From: Actinomycetota bacterium
GTDB taxonomy: Bacteria > Actinomycetota > Acidimicrobiia > Acidimicrobiales > Ilumatobacteraceae
Direction of reading: 5' to 3'
DNA length: 64,000 nt
NCBI GenBank assembly: GCA_009726095.1
Contig: WLMZ01000001.1
Location: 270 to 64,269, forward strand
Each line of letters opens with the position of its first letter. Positions within the stretch are counted from its first letter, which is position 1. A model generated the notes under the pieces. That model saw nothing but the letters and a program-made list of their open reading frames with translations, was not told the origin of the DNA and made no database searches. Shown here in pieces: positions 1-9,736 of the stretch. A program made the translations under genes and the position numbers.

Positions 1-690
1 GTAGTAGATCGGCGTGGTCGGCGACGACACCTCGCTGATGGTCAACACCTGACCGACCGAAGCCTGTGCTGCTCCGGCGTACTGGTCGGCACGCAGCTTG
101 GCGTCGGCGACGGCGGCCTTGCGGGCATCGGCCATTGCTGCGTCGGTGTTGGCGAGCGAGAAGCTGATTCCTCCAACGGTGACCTCGTTGCCGATCAGCG
201 CACCCGCTGCGTCGATGATCGTGCCCGTGTCGGCGATCTTGCGGATCGTCACCGTCATGGTGTTCGAGGCGTTGTAGCCGCTGATGGTCCGCCCGTCACC
301 GGCGTACTGCGGGTAGAGGTACAGCCCGCTGGTCTGAATGTCGTCCTTGCTCACACCGGCTGATGTGAGCACCTTCACGAGCGTGTCGGCCTTGGTGGCC
401 GCCTGGCGCAAGGCATCGTTGGCCTTGCCCGCCGTCACCGAGATGCCGAGGGACAACGTGGCCGTGTCGGGCTTGATCGTCACCTTGCCGTGCCCTGACA
501 CCGTGATGCTCCGCTTCACCACGCCGGCGTCAGTCGACGTACCGCCTGGCGAGGTGGTGGGCGAACTCACCGCGCTGACCGTTGTGTCGTGCGGCGTTGA
601 CGACGTGTTGTTGATCATGGCGACTGCGCCAACGGCAAGCACGCCGATCGCTGCGCCGCCGACGACTGTGGCAATCCATCCGTTCTTCAT
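1..690 (-). CDS. SIMPL/DUF541-family secreted protein (3' end runs off the window)
   Basis: My own minus-strand translation from ATG 690-688 gives MKNGWIATVVGGAAIGVLAVGAVAM (signal/TM), then ...RSITVSGHGKVTIKPDTATLSLGI...GYNASNTMTVTIRK..., which is SIMPL-like. It stays open to position 1. It is absent from the ORF track because there is no stop in the window. Confidence 0.6.
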   Translation of the reverse strand, partial: MKNGWIATVVGGAAIGVLAVGAVAMINNTSSTPHDTTVSAVSSPTTSPGGTSTDAGVVKRSITVSGHGKVTIKPDTATLSLGISVTAGKANDALRQAATKADTLVKVLTSAGVSKDDIQTSGLYLYPQYAGDGRTISGYNASNTMTVTIRKIADTGTIIDAAGALIGNEVTVGGISFSLANTDAAMADARKAAVADAKLRADQYAGAAQASVGQVLTISEVSSPTTPIYY

Positions 691-782
691 CAGAACTCCT
701 CGATCCGTTGTGGCATGTTCAGTGTGCGCCTTTTCGACGTCCATTGCTGGCGTTTTGGTTCCCGATCCAGCACGCTTGAGCG

Positions 783-1865
783 ATGGCACTGCCGCTGAAC
801 CCCCCGATCTCACCGATGTTGTCGAAGGCCGCCGACACCATTCCTGTTGGCGAGGGGTGGCACTACGAGCCGAAGTGGGACGGCTTCCGCTGCATCGTGT
901 TCCGCGATGGCGACACCGTGGTGCTGACCAGTCGCAACGAGCGCCCGTTCAACCGCTACTTCCCCGAATTGATCGCTCCGCTGCAGCAGGCGCTCCCCGA
1001 TCGGTGCGTCATCGATGGCGAGATCGTGCTGCCCTCGCCCACCGGGGACGGTCTCGATTTCGATGCCCTCCTGCAGCGCATCCACCCTGCCGAGTCACGC
1101 GTGCAGCGCCTGGCACAGGAGACACCTGCCAGCTTCGTGGCGTTCGACATGCTCGCCATCGGTGATCAGGTGCTGCTCGATGCTCCCCTGTCCGAGCGGC
1201 TCAAGCACCTTCGCGCCGCGCTTGGCGGTGCCGTCGCACCCGTGTACCTGTGCCCGTCGTCGTCGGACCCCGAGCTGGCCCACGACTGGTTCCATCGGTT
1301 CGAAGGCGCAGGTCTCGATGGCATCGTGGCCAAACGCCTCAGCGGCCTGTACACGCCCGATAAGCGCACGTTGGTGAAGGTGAAGCACCAGCGCACGGCC
1401 GAATGCGTGGTGGCCGGGTACCGCATGCACAAGGACGGCAAGGGTGTCGGTTCGCTGCTGCTCGGCCTGCACGACGATCTCGGTCGGCTACACCACGTCG
1501 GTGTCACCGCGGCGTTCACGGCCAAGTTCCGCGCCGAGTTGTTGAATGAGCTCGAGCCGCTCACCCATGAAGCCCTGGTGGAGCACCCATGGGCCGATTG
1601 GGCCGATGCGGCCGCCGAGTCCGATACCCGGCGCCCCGGAGCTGGCAGCCGCTGGAACGCCGGCAAGGACCTGAGTTGGGTGCCGTTACGCGTCGAACGC
1701 GTGGTCGAGGTGCACTTCGGCCAGTTGCAGAACGGTCGTTTCCGACACGGTGTGCAGTTCCAGCGCTGGCGACCCGACCGTACGACGCAGAGTTGCACCT
1801 ATGACCAACTCGATGTGGCAGCGCCAGTTCCGCTCCGCGAGCTGATGGCGAGCGGTTCAGCCTGA
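783..1865 (+). CDS. ATP-dependent DNA ligase, stand-alone LigC-like
   Basis: 360 aa. The adenylation motif I, EPKWDGFR (KxDG), is present. Size and layout fit the short actinobacterial ATP-dependent ligases. Confidence 0.85.
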   Translation: MALPLNPPISPMLSKAADTIPVGEGWHYEPKWDGFRCIVFRDGDTVVLTSRNERPFNRYFPELIAPLQQALPDRCVIDGEIVLPSPTGDGLDFDALLQRIHPAESRVQRLAQETPASFVAFDMLAIGDQVLLDAPLSERLKHLRAALGGAVAPVYLCPSSSDPELAHDWFHRFEGAGLDGIVAKRLSGLYTPDKRTLVKVKHQRTAECVVAGYRMHKDGKGVGSLLLGLHDDLGRLHHVGVTAAFTAKFRAELLNELEPLTHEALVEHPWADWADAAAESDTRRPGAGSRWNAGKDLSWVPLRVERVVEVHFGQLQNGRFRHGVQFQRWRPDRTTQSCTYDQLDVAAPVPLRELMASGSA

Positions 1866-3728
1866 CGAGGTACTGGTGGCGTTCGTGGTCGTGGTGGTGG
1901 TGGCGCCGTTCGTGCCGACGCCGGGCGGCGAAGTGACCACGGGTTGAGTCACCGTGGTGAGCGGTATGTCGGGCGTGGCACCAGTACCGGCCACCACATT
2001 CAGCACCGCCGCCTGATGGAACGTGCCGTCGGCCGACACGACGTCGAGCGTTACCGTCCATGCGCCTGCCACGGCGAACTGGATACCCGGGTCCATGGGG
2101 AGATAGGCAATCCCTGCGCTGCTGAGGGCCACAGATTCGACCGCCGACCTGGCAGTGCTGTTCAGCGGCGGGTCGAAACGAATGGTGATCTGGCTGATGG
2201 AGGACCTCGGCTTCACCACCTCCACGAGCATCTCGTTACGTCCGACCGCCGCCGGATCGATCGACAGCCGGAGATCGAGTTTCTTGGTCGAGTCGACGAA
2301 GCGCTGTTGATAGGCGAACTTGTTCGACGAGACGCCCGATGCCGACAGGTTGCCGGGCGGAGAGGCGAGCATCCATGCGGTGATTCCCAACACCACCACA
2401 CCGATGATGGCCTCCATGCCGATAGCCCGTCGGAGCTTGCCGGCCATCGGCGCAGACATGACATCGGCACGGTTCAAACGGGCCTGGATGAACTGGCGGG
2501 TCGCCACGCCGACGAACACCATCGCTGCAACCACAATCACCTTGAGCACCAGCAATCTGCCGTGATCGGTTCCGAGCAGGTGACCACTGTCGAGCCGATA
2601 GAGCTGAAAGCAGCCGGTTGCCAACACCGTGATCCAGGCAGGGGTCACCATGCGGCCGAACCCGCGGACCGCATGCACGAGGTCGTCGTCACCGGGGCCG
2701 GCAAGCACCACACGGGCCAACAGCAACAGCCCGCCCAGCCACACGGCCATCGCAACTGCGTGCAACATGCCAGCGCCGTAGCCGAGCAACTCAAGGTCGC
2801 CGCCGGCACGCGAGAACCCCATGGTGGCCACTGCCAGACCGGGAATGGCCAGCGCCGGCAACTGCGTGGCCGGGTCGATGCAGCGTTCGGGACGAATGAC
2901 CACCCAGGCTGACGCGGCCACCAGGAGCAACCGTGCCAGGGCAGCCTTGCCGGGTGTGGTGTGGGCGAGCTCGAACCAGTTGGTCGGGCCGAGCGAGCTC
3001 ATGAAGCTGTTGCCGGTGGCCTGGGCCGCCAGGCACGCCACGGTCACCACGGTGCCGAGCAGCGCAGCGAGCCACGCATAGCGCAAGAAGCGGATGGTGA
3101 GGATGTACTCCACACCCTCGGGCCATGCAACCGCGATCAGCGCCAACGAGCCAAACAGGGCGGCAAGCGCGAGGGTGGCAGCGATGCGGGCAAGTCCCAG
3201 GGCGCCGCCGACGTTGGAGCTCGCCGACGATGCCGACGGCGTGGCCGACGGCGTTGGTACCACGTCGGTCGACACGGTGCCATCAGCCCCGGGGGCGGCG
3301 GTGGGGAGGGTCGACGTGGTGGCCGCTGTGTCTTGCTGGATGTCGAAGGAGAACGTGCCGCTGCTCGTGCCGGCGTCGACCAGACCCTGCACCTTCCAAC
3401 CCACCACGCACGATCCACGTGGTAGCGGTTTGCTGCTGAGGTCGACGACGAGGCTCTGGAGGTCCTCGGTGGTGCGCGCCCCCGGCTGCGGCACAGCATT
3501 TCCGTTGCAGGTGATGACGACCGACGATGCCGACCCGATGGTCTGATCAAACGTCACCGTGATCGAGGTGGGCGACGTCGCCACAACCGACCCATCAGTG
3601 GGCACCGACGACACCACCGAAACCGGCGCCGCCCACGCCGGTTGCGCGCCAAGGAGCGGCCAGACGGCCAGCACGGCAACGGCCGCGAACAGGCCGCCAC
3701 AACGAAAAAGGGGAGTACTGCGCTTCAT
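1857..3728 (-). CDS. copper resistance protein, CopC-CopD fusion with C-terminal extracytoplasmic domain
   Basis: Signal peptide, then a CopC-like domain (VSSVPTDGSVVATSPTSITVTFDQ) followed by a polytopic CopD-like membrane region. Start could be ATG 3728 or TTG 3740. Confidence 0.75.
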   Translation of the reverse strand: MKRSTPLFRCGGLFAAVAVLAVWPLLGAQPAWAAPVSVVSSVPTDGSVVATSPTSITVTFDQTIGSASSVVITCNGNAVPQPGARTTEDLQSLVVDLSSKPLPRGSCVVGWKVQGLVDAGTSSGTFSFDIQQDTAATTSTLPTAAPGADGTVSTDVVPTPSATPSASSASSNVGGALGLARIAATLALAALFGSLALIAVAWPEGVEYILTIRFLRYAWLAALLGTVVTVACLAAQATGNSFMSSLGPTNWFELAHTTPGKAALARLLLVAASAWVVIRPERCIDPATQLPALAIPGLAVATMGFSRAGGDLELLGYGAGMLHAVAMAVWLGGLLLLARVVLAGPGDDDLVHAVRGFGRMVTPAWITVLATGCFQLYRLDSGHLLGTDHGRLLVLKVIVVAAMVFVGVATRQFIQARLNRADVMSAPMAGKLRRAIGMEAIIGVVVLGITAWMLASPPGNLSASGVSSNKFAYQQRFVDSTKKLDLRLSIDPAAVGRNEMLVEVVKPRSSISQITIRFDPPLNSTARSAVESVALSSAGIAYLPMDPGIQFAVAGAWTVTLDVVSADGTFHQAAVLNVVAGTGATPDIPLTTVTQPVVTSPPGVGTNGATTTTTTNATSTSSG

Positions 3729-3796
3729 GAGGTGTACCAACCGTAGCGACCGGGGCCACCCGCCGGGTGTACCTCGGCATTCCCGGTTGGGGCGCG

Positions 3797-4375
3797 TCAG
3801 CCGAGCTCGGCGATGAAGGCATCGATCAGCGGCGCTCCGTCGACTCCGGTTTCGGTGAGCACCGATACACCGATGCTGCCCTCGAAGACCGCGATCGCAT
3901 CGGTTGTCTCGAATGCCCCGACCGCGCGCTTACCGGTGTGCCCCTGCGGGGTGCTCACTGTTTGGCCCCCCGCCACGCCCTCGAACCCCAGATACGCATC
4001 GATGGCCGGTTGGGTCCACGGGCCGTTGAGCTGCAGCAGGTACACAGCGGCATCGGGCCCGCCCGTGGTGGACTGCAGGTAGCCGGCCCGATACGAAACC
4101 AGCAGGCCCGCCAACGCCGGATATCCCGACGGGTTGAGTTCCTCGGTGAGGTCCATCGCAGCCCACTGATAGCCCGCTGGCGCAGCGAACGCTGCAGACA
4201 GGTTGCCGGTGATCTGGGTGGGTGGCGGCGCTTCGGTCGTCACCGGGGCCGACCCGAGGGTGCCGGGCGACGCCGCCGTCGTGGCTGACGGCGCAGCGCC
4301 CGAGCACGAAGTGAGCAGCAACAGCGCCGACGTGGCCACGGTGGCCGTGATGTAGAACCTCGATCGGTGCGCCAT
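3797..4375 (-). CDS. hypothetical lipoprotein
   Basis: MAHRSRFYITATVATSALLLLTSCSG has a lipobox (LTSC). I recognise no family. Same strand and directly upstream of copCD. Confidence 0.55.
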   Translation of the reverse strand: MAHRSRFYITATVATSALLLLTSCSGAAPSATTAASPGTLGSAPVTTEAPPPTQITGNLSAAFAAPAGYQWAAMDLTEELNPSGYPALAGLLVSYRAGYLQSTTGGPDAAVYLLQLNGPWTQPAIDAYLGFEGVAGGQTVSTPQGHTGKRAVGAFETTDAIAVFEGSIGVSVLTETGVDGAPLIDAFIAELG

Positions 4376-4589
4376 CAGCACTGTGGCCCTGCCGTGCGAA
4401 CAGCATCGTCGCCAGCCTGCCTCGGCCACCAGTTCCGATGCTCGTGCCGCATGACCGTCTCCTCACCGCCCCACGACGGCGTGCCACCGCCCCAGAAGCC
4501 CCCATCATAGGAACTCCACGCTCGGTACATCATCTCCCTGCATCGCCCCTCACGTCGGCTGGGGCACCCTCTCTGTAGGCTCACTCACA

Positions 4590-6413
4590 ATGGCCACACA
4601 GTCGCTCTACCGCCGTTACCGTCCGCGCCGCTTCAGCGAAATACGCGGGCAGGAGCACGTCGTGCGCTCCCTGCGCAACGCCGTCATCAACCAGCGCGAA
4701 GGCCAGGGGTACCTGTTCAGCGGGCCCAGGGGTACGGGCAAGACGTCGTCGGCGCGCATTCTGGCCAAGGTGCTGAACTGCACCAACTCCGTGGATGGCG
4801 AGCCCTGCTGCGAATGCCCCTCATGCCTCGCGGTCGAGGCCGGCACCAGCTACGACGTGCACGAACTCGATGCCGCCAGCAACAACGGCGTCGACGCCAT
4901 GCGCGACCTCATCGAGAAGGCCTCGCTGGGCACTCCCGGTCGGCACAAGGTGTACATCCTCGACGAGGTGCACATGCTGTCCAAGGGCGCCGAGGCAGCG
5001 CTGCTGAAGACGCTCGAGGAGCCACCGCCGCACGTCGTGTTCGTGCTTGCCACCACCGACCCACAAAAGGTCAGCGCCACCATCCGGTCGCGGGTTCAGC
5101 ACCTCGAATTCCACCTGCTGCCGATGGACGAACTCGAGCAACACGTGCGTTGGGTGGCCGCCGACGCCGGGCTCACCGTGTCCGACGAAGCCTTCCAAGC
5201 CGTACTCGCACAGGGCGGCGGCTCGGCGCGAGACACGCTGTCTGCACTCGAGCTCGTCGCAGCCGGCGGCGGCGAGGTACCCGAGACGCTGTCATACGAC
5301 GAGTTCATCGAGGCGTTCATCGCCCACGATCCCGGCCAGGCCCTGGCCGCGCTGGCCCACGCCGTGCAGCAGGGCCGCGACCCGCGCACGCTCGCACAGG
5401 ACATCGTGCGTCATCTACGCGATTGCTTCCTGTCGCTGATGGCACCCGAGCTGGTGCAGCTCCCCGACCAACGTGCCGGCGTGGTCGCGGATCAGGCACA
5501 ACGCATGGGGGCCGCCGCCATCGTGCGCTCCATGGAGAAGCTCGGCGAGATCCTGGTCGAAATGCGCCATGCCCCCGACCCCCGGCTGCTGCTCGATGTG
5601 GCGCTGGTGCAGCTCACGCACGAGGCCGCCGGGAGCGACCTGGGCGCCATCCTGTCCCGACTCGAACGCCTCGAGCAGACCGTTGCCAAGGGCGCCACCA
5701 CCAGCGCCCCGCGGCCGGCCCCGGTAGATCCAAACACCGGACGCGCAGCGCTCGGCGGGCGCGCCCTCACCACCGAACCTGTTCCTCGGGCGGCTCCAGC
5801 ACCCGCTGCCGTTGCCCCCGCCGCAGTTGTGCCAACAGCAGCCGCGCCCCCAGCACCCCTTACCCGGGCACCCGCGCCCCCAGCACCCGTTGGCGCCGAT
5901 GCTGTCGTTGCTGCTGCCGCCGCTCCGCCGGCAGGCAGCGGTACCGCGATCACGGCTGCAAGCATCGCTGCGGTGTGGCAGCCGGTCATCCTGCCGACAC
6001 TCAAGCCCATGGCCCGGGCGTTGTTCTCTGCCGGGCACTTCCAGGGCGAGCGCAACGACGCGCTGGTGTTCGGCCTACCCAATGAGACACACCGCACACG
6101 ATGCGAGCAGTACCGCGCCGATGTCGAACGGGCCATCGAAGCGCATTTTGGCTCGAAAGTTCAGTTGGTGCTCGTGCTCGACAGCTCGCCGTCGCGCGAC
6201 GACGCCCCGAGCCAGACGACCTCACCTCGCACCAGCGACCCCGGGGCCTCAACTCCGGGCTCGGCGCAGACCGCGTCTGGCGCACAGTCCGAGCCCGACG
6301 AGGACATCGACATGGACGACCTGACCGATGCTCCGCCGGAGTCGGTGCTCTCGCCGCTCGATCGCCTGGCTCAGGCATTCCCCGGTTCGAAACTCATCGA
6401 CGAGCAGCGCTGA
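4590..6413 (+). CDS. dnaX: DNA polymerase III subunit gamma/tau
   Basis: [15 protein letters not shown], Walker [10 protein letters not shown], a CxxC zinc module, DEVHML, and a Pro/Ala-rich linker. Confidence 0.95.
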   Translation: MATQSLYRRYRPRRFSEIRGQEHVVRSLRNAVINQREGQGYLFSGPRGTGKTSSARILAKVLNCTNSVDGEPCCECPSCLAVEAGTSYDVHELDAASNNGVDAMRDLIEKASLGTPGRHKVYILDEVHMLSKGAEAALLKTLEEPPPHVVFVLATTDPQKVSATIRSRVQHLEFHLLPMDELEQHVRWVAADAGLTVSDEAFQAVLAQGGGSARDTLSALELVAAGGGEVPETLSYDEFIEAFIAHDPGQALAALAHAVQQGRDPRTLAQDIVRHLRDCFLSLMAPELVQLPDQRAGVVADQAQRMGAAAIVRSMEKLGEILVEMRHAPDPRLLLDVALVQLTHEAAGSDLGAILSRLERLEQTVAKGATTSAPRPAPVDPNTGRAALGGRALTTEPVPRAAPAPAAVAPAAVVPTAAAPPAPLTRAPAPPAPVGADAVVAAAAAPPAGSGTAITAASIAAVWQPVILPTLKPMARALFSAGHFQGERNDALVFGLPNETHRTRCEQYRADVERAIEAHFGSKVQLVLVLDSSPSRDDAPSQTTSPRTSDPGASTPGSAQTASGAQSEPDEDIDMDDLTDAPPESVLSPLDRLAQAFPGSKLIDEQR

Positions 6414-6415
6414 CC

Positions 6416-7021
6416 ATGGCAGCCACCTACACCCAGCCAGTGCAGGCGCTCATCGACGAGCTCGGCCGCCTTCCCGGCGTTGGGCCGAAATCAGCGCAGC
6501 GCATCGCCTTCCATCTCCTCAAGGCCCCGGGCGACGACGTCACCCGCCTTGCCCACTCCATCACCGATGCCAAGGCCCGCGTTCGGTTTTGTGTTCGCTG
6601 TTTCAACTTCGCCGAGGGCGAACTGTGCCCCATCTGCCTCGATGACCGGCGCAGTGGCCAGGTGCTCTGCGTCGTCGAGGAGTCACGCGACATCGTGGCA
6701 CTCGAGAAGACCGGCGAGTTCCACGGCCGGTATCACGTCTTGCTCGGGGCGATGAGCCCGCTCGAGGGGATTGGCCCTGAACAGTTGAAGATGAAAGAAC
6801 TGTTCATCCGTCTCGAACCCGAGGGCGTCGAGGAAGTCATCCTCTGCACCAATCCCAACACCGAGGGCGAGGTCACGGCGTTGTACATCGCACGCATGCT
6901 CAAGCCGTTCCAGGTGAAGGTCACCCGGATCGCCAGCGGCCTTCCCGTCGGCGGCGATCTGGAGTACGCAGACGAGCTCACCCTCGGCCGGGCGCTCGAA
7001 GGCCGCCGAGAGCTCACCTGA
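6416..7021 (+). CDS. recR: recombination protein RecR
   Basis: [25 protein letters not shown] (HhH), a C4 zinc finger ([16 protein letters not shown]) and a Toprim region. The ATG lies 2 nt after the dnaX stop. Confidence 0.95.
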   Translation: MAATYTQPVQALIDELGRLPGVGPKSAQRIAFHLLKAPGDDVTRLAHSITDAKARVRFCVRCFNFAEGELCPICLDDRRSGQVLCVVEESRDIVALEKTGEFHGRYHVLLGAMSPLEGIGPEQLKMKELFIRLEPEGVEEVILCTNPNTEGEVTALYIARMLKPFQVKVTRIASGLPVGGDLEYADELTLGRALEGRRELT

Positions 7022-7067
7022 TCCCGGCAAGACATCGCTGGCTTCACAGATGCGGCCCGAAAAAGTG

Positions 7068-7130
7068 CTGAGGTACCACCCCTGTAGCTGGTAGCGGGCG
7101 GACGGGCCAGCTCCAGAGGTGGTACCTCAG
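7068..7130. other. perfect 13-bp inverted repeat (CTGAGGTACCACC / GGTGGTACCTCAG) enclosing a 37-nt segment with its own inner stem
   Basis: Read directly. Arms at 7068-7080 and 7118-7130, inner AGCTGG/CCAGCT at 7086-7091 and 7107-7112. Function unknown. Confidence 0.4.
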
Positions 7131-7136
7131 TTCGTT

Positions 7137-7182
7137 CGTCGGCTGCTGAGTGAAGAGAAGCTCAACAGCCGACGTTGTTTAT
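7137..7182 (+). terminator. putative intrinsic terminator after recR
   Basis: 9-bp stem CGTCGGCTG / CAGCCGACG (7137-7145 and 7167-7175) followed by TTGTTTA. Confidence 0.4.
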
Positions 7183-7270
7183 GTCAGTTATGTTACAGAC
7201 CGCCACTCCGAGATCCCCCCAGTTTCGACATGAAACTGAAATATTTCACGGGTGTCATTTGTGCAGCGGG

Positions 7271-7292
7271 GTCGACGCTCAACAGCGTCGAC
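7271..7292 (-). terminator. putative terminator hairpin after the MinD/ParA-like gene
   Basis: 9-bp stem GTCGACGCT / AGCGTCGAC with a 4-nt loop, 10 nt past the stop at 7302. No U-tract. Confidence 0.35.
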
Positions 7293-7301
7293 GGGACTGC
7301 C

Positions 7302-8069
7302 TTAGTTCGCGAGGCGCTGAGCAACCGCGGCGATGGTCTGGGACCACGGGTGATCGGGGTTCGTGATGCTGAACAGCCCGCCCGAGGCGTTGGACACGAT
7401 GTCCTCGCTGAGCGGCAGCACGCCGGCAACTTCGCTGTTGTAGGCCTTGGAGACGTCGGCGGCCATTGCGCCGAGATCGGCGTTGGAGGGCACCTTGTTG
7501 ACGAGCAGGAGCAGCTCGGGCACCTCGAGGCGACGGGCGATGTCCACGGTGACCGCCGTGCCCTGGTAGTCCTGCTTGTCGGGGCGCAGGATCAACAACA
7601 GCGTGTCGCTGATGGTGATCGACAGCAGGGTCTCCTCGTTGAGGCCGGGATGCGTGTCGATGATGAGCACGTCGAGGTTCAGGCCCTTGGCGAGCTTGCG
7701 GAAACCCTCGTTGAGCAATTCGACGTCGTACCCCTGACGCAGCACCTTGGCGATGTCTCCGGCCTTGATGCTCGACGGCACCAAGAACAGCTGTCCGCCA
7801 GCCACGTAGCCGGGCCGAGACGACACGGTGGCGGTCACGTCGTGGGCGGCCTCGGTGATCGGGCAGCTTCCGTACAGGTAGTCGTTCAGGGTCTTGCCGG
7901 GCACGTTCTCGTCGAAGCCGAACAGGACGTGAATACCGGGAGACTGCACGTCGGTGTCGATCACGCCCACCCGCTTACCGGACATGGCGATCTGCGCCGA
8001 CAGGTTGGCGCTGGTGTTGCTCTTGCCAGTGCCACCGCGGAACGAGTGCACAGAAATAATCTTGGTCAT
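7302..8069 (-). CDS. MinD/ParA-family P-loop ATPase (orphan)
   Basis: MTKIISVHSFRGGTGKSNTSANL is a deviant Walker A with R in place of the signature K. GVIDTDVQSPGIHVLFG follows. An SD (GGAGGA) precedes ATG 8069. Confidence 0.75.
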   Translation of the reverse strand: MTKIISVHSFRGGTGKSNTSANLSAQIAMSGKRVGVIDTDVQSPGIHVLFGFDENVPGKTLNDYLYGSCPITEAAHDVTATVSSRPGYVAGGQLFLVPSSIKAGDIAKVLRQGYDVELLNEGFRKLAKGLNLDVLIIDTHPGLNEETLLSITISDTLLLILRPDKQDYQGTAVTVDIARRLEVPELLLLVNKVPSNADLGAMAADVSKAYNSEVAGVLPLSEDIVSNASGGLFSITNPDHPWSQTIAAVAQRLAN

Positions 8070-8191
8070 GGGTTGATTCCTCCAGCAGCGACGTTTATGC
8101 CCGACAGACGTGCACAAGTACAATTTGTTGTTCTAATGCAATATCGTGTTGGAGCGCAACTCTGCCGACTGCACTACCCAAGGGGAACTCC

Positions 8192-8734
8192 ATGGACGAC
8201 GAACTATTCAGCCGGGAAGAGATCCAGTCCGGAGCGCTGTCCCGAGTCCGCCGAGCACGCGCGCTGCTGTACCTCATTGAGCAGGAAGCCAACCGCGTGA
8301 CCGATAAGCGCTCGGCGCTGATGGCGATGTCGCCCGAGATGGGGTTCGTGGTCAGTGCCCTGGCGGCGGGCGATAGCGAGACCATGCGCAACGCCCTCCC
8401 CGGTGAAGGCGACACCGCCTACATCCAGTCGTTCCGTAATGCACGACGCACGTCGGCACCCGCCCGACTGCGCACGATCGAGTCCACCACGCGGTCCTGG
8501 AGCATGCTGGTGCCCGACGATTCGGCGATGCGTGCCGAACTGCTGCACCAGTTTTCCCTTCGACACGACATGCCCCGCAACCGGTGCAAGGCGATCGTGC
8601 GGGCGCTGGGCGCCGACACCCCCGAGTTCGCGGCTACCTACCAGTCCACCACCGGCGCCGACATCGCCAGCGCTTTCTCGCCGAACGCGAGCGTCTTCGG
8701 ATTCCTGCGCCGCTCAGCGTCAACCAAGAACTAG
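8192..8734 (+). CDS. hypothetical protein
   Basis: GC3-rich ORF with AAGGGGA upstream of the ATG. No family recognised. First gene of a 3-gene plus-strand operon. Confidence 0.5.
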   Translation: MDDELFSREEIQSGALSRVRRARALLYLIEQEANRVTDKRSALMAMSPEMGFVVSALAAGDSETMRNALPGEGDTAYIQSFRNARRTSAPARLRTIESTTRSWSMLVPDDSAMRAELLHQFSLRHDMPRNRCKAIVRALGADTPEFAATYQSTTGADIASAFSPNASVFGFLRRSASTKN

Positions 8735-8743
8735 ACCGACACC

Positions 8744-9736
8744 GTGGGAATCGATGCTGGCCTTGCGGCAGCGATCACCATGCGCCGCCACCGTCAGGGT
8801 GGCGGGGGAGCCTGCGTCGCCCGCGATGCCACGTTCCAGCTCTCGTTGGCCCACGTCCTCCTCGACGGCGGGTACGACGGCGTCAGCACCATCGGAGAGG
8901 TGCTACCGAGCGGCGACCACGGACTCGGCACCCTCGACCGCCTCAACGGCGAGTTGGTGGTGGTGGATTCAGAACCCTGGCAGGTGGATTACACGGGTAC
9001 CGCCAGGCTGCTGCCGCCCGAAGCCACGACACCGTTCGTGGTGCTCACCACGATGCAGGACCCACAGCGGATACGTCTGCGCGACACCGATCGCGACGGC
9101 GTACTCGCCCAGGCCGAGCGAATGGTCGACGATCCCGATGCCGTCGTGGCCGTACGCTTGGAGGGTCGCTTCCGCAGCGTGCTCGTGCGCAGCGTCTCGC
9201 CCCAGACGCCGCCGTACCGCTCGATCGCCGAGGTCCTTGCAGCCGATGAGGTGCGCTGGGACATCCGCGACTTCAACGGCGTCTTTGTCGGCTTTCGGTT
9301 CCCCGATCTGTCTGGCGGCGACACGGTCGGGGGCCTGCACCTGCACGGTATCGACACTGACCGCACCACGGGCGGTCACAACTACGAGCTCGTCGTTGAC
9401 GATGCCGAGCTCAGCGTCTCGGTGTCTCATGAGATCGCCCTCGCACTCCCCGATCGATCGATGATCGACCTGTTGGAGATGCCCGACGAACTCCGCTCCG
9501 TTCAACGTGTGCTGCTCCGACGCGGGGCCCTCACCGTCGAGCAGGTGGCCCGGGCGCTCACGATCGATGCAACCGAAAGCCTGTCCCGGTTGGGCTGGCT
9601 CGCCGATCGGGGATTCGCCGAGGAGCTCACCGGTGGCGTAGCCGGGCTCGGCGGGGTACCGCGCTGGCGCATTCTGCTGCGGGCGCGCAGCCAACGGCTA
9701 TCGCCACGCGTCGACGCGCTGCTGAGCGATTTGTGA
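8744..9736 (+). CDS. alpha-acetolactate decarboxylase-family domain fused to a C-terminal winged-helix-like domain
   Basis: LLDGGYDGVSTIGEVL..GDHGLGTLDRLNGELVVVD and the metal-site pattern GLHLHGIDTDRTTGGH match ALDC. The last ~90 aa (RVLLRRGALTVEQVARALTIDATESLSRLGWLADRGF) look like a MarR/ArsR-type wHTH. Confidence 0.65.
   Translation: MGIDAGLAAAITMRRHRQGGGGACVARDATFQLSLAHVLLDGGYDGVSTIGEVLPSGDHGLGTLDRLNGELVVVDSEPWQVDYTGTARLLPPEATTPFVVLTTMQDPQRIRLRDTDRDGVLAQAERMVDDPDAVVAVRLEGRFRSVLVRSVSPQTPPYRSIAEVLAADEVRWDIRDFNGVFVGFRFPDLSGGDTVGGLHLHGIDTDRTTGGHNYELVVDDAELSVSVSHEIALALPDRSMIDLLEMPDELRSVQRVLLRRGALTVEQVARALTIDATESLSRLGWLADRGFAEELTGGVAGLGGVPRWRILLRARSQRLSPRVDALLSDL

Noticed and set aside
338-1165. 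275-aa plus-strand ORF at the left end
   Set aside because: It is antisense to a well-formed SIMPL-family gene (minus strand, 1-690) and overlaps the ligase gene. Its translation is low-complexity and Arg/Pro-rich, typical of spurious frames in high-GC DNA.
4430-4589. Looked for SRP (4.5S) RNA, which often lies just upstream of dnaX
   Set aside because: Neither strand contains the conserved GGAAGCAGC-type domain IV motif or a convincing long hairpin. The 7068-7130 hairpin after recR also lacks it.
5700-5960. Pro/Ala-rich repetitive stretch inside dnaX
   Set aside because: This is the ordinary low-complexity linker of actinobacterial tau subunits. I saw no slippery heptamer suggesting programmed frameshifting.
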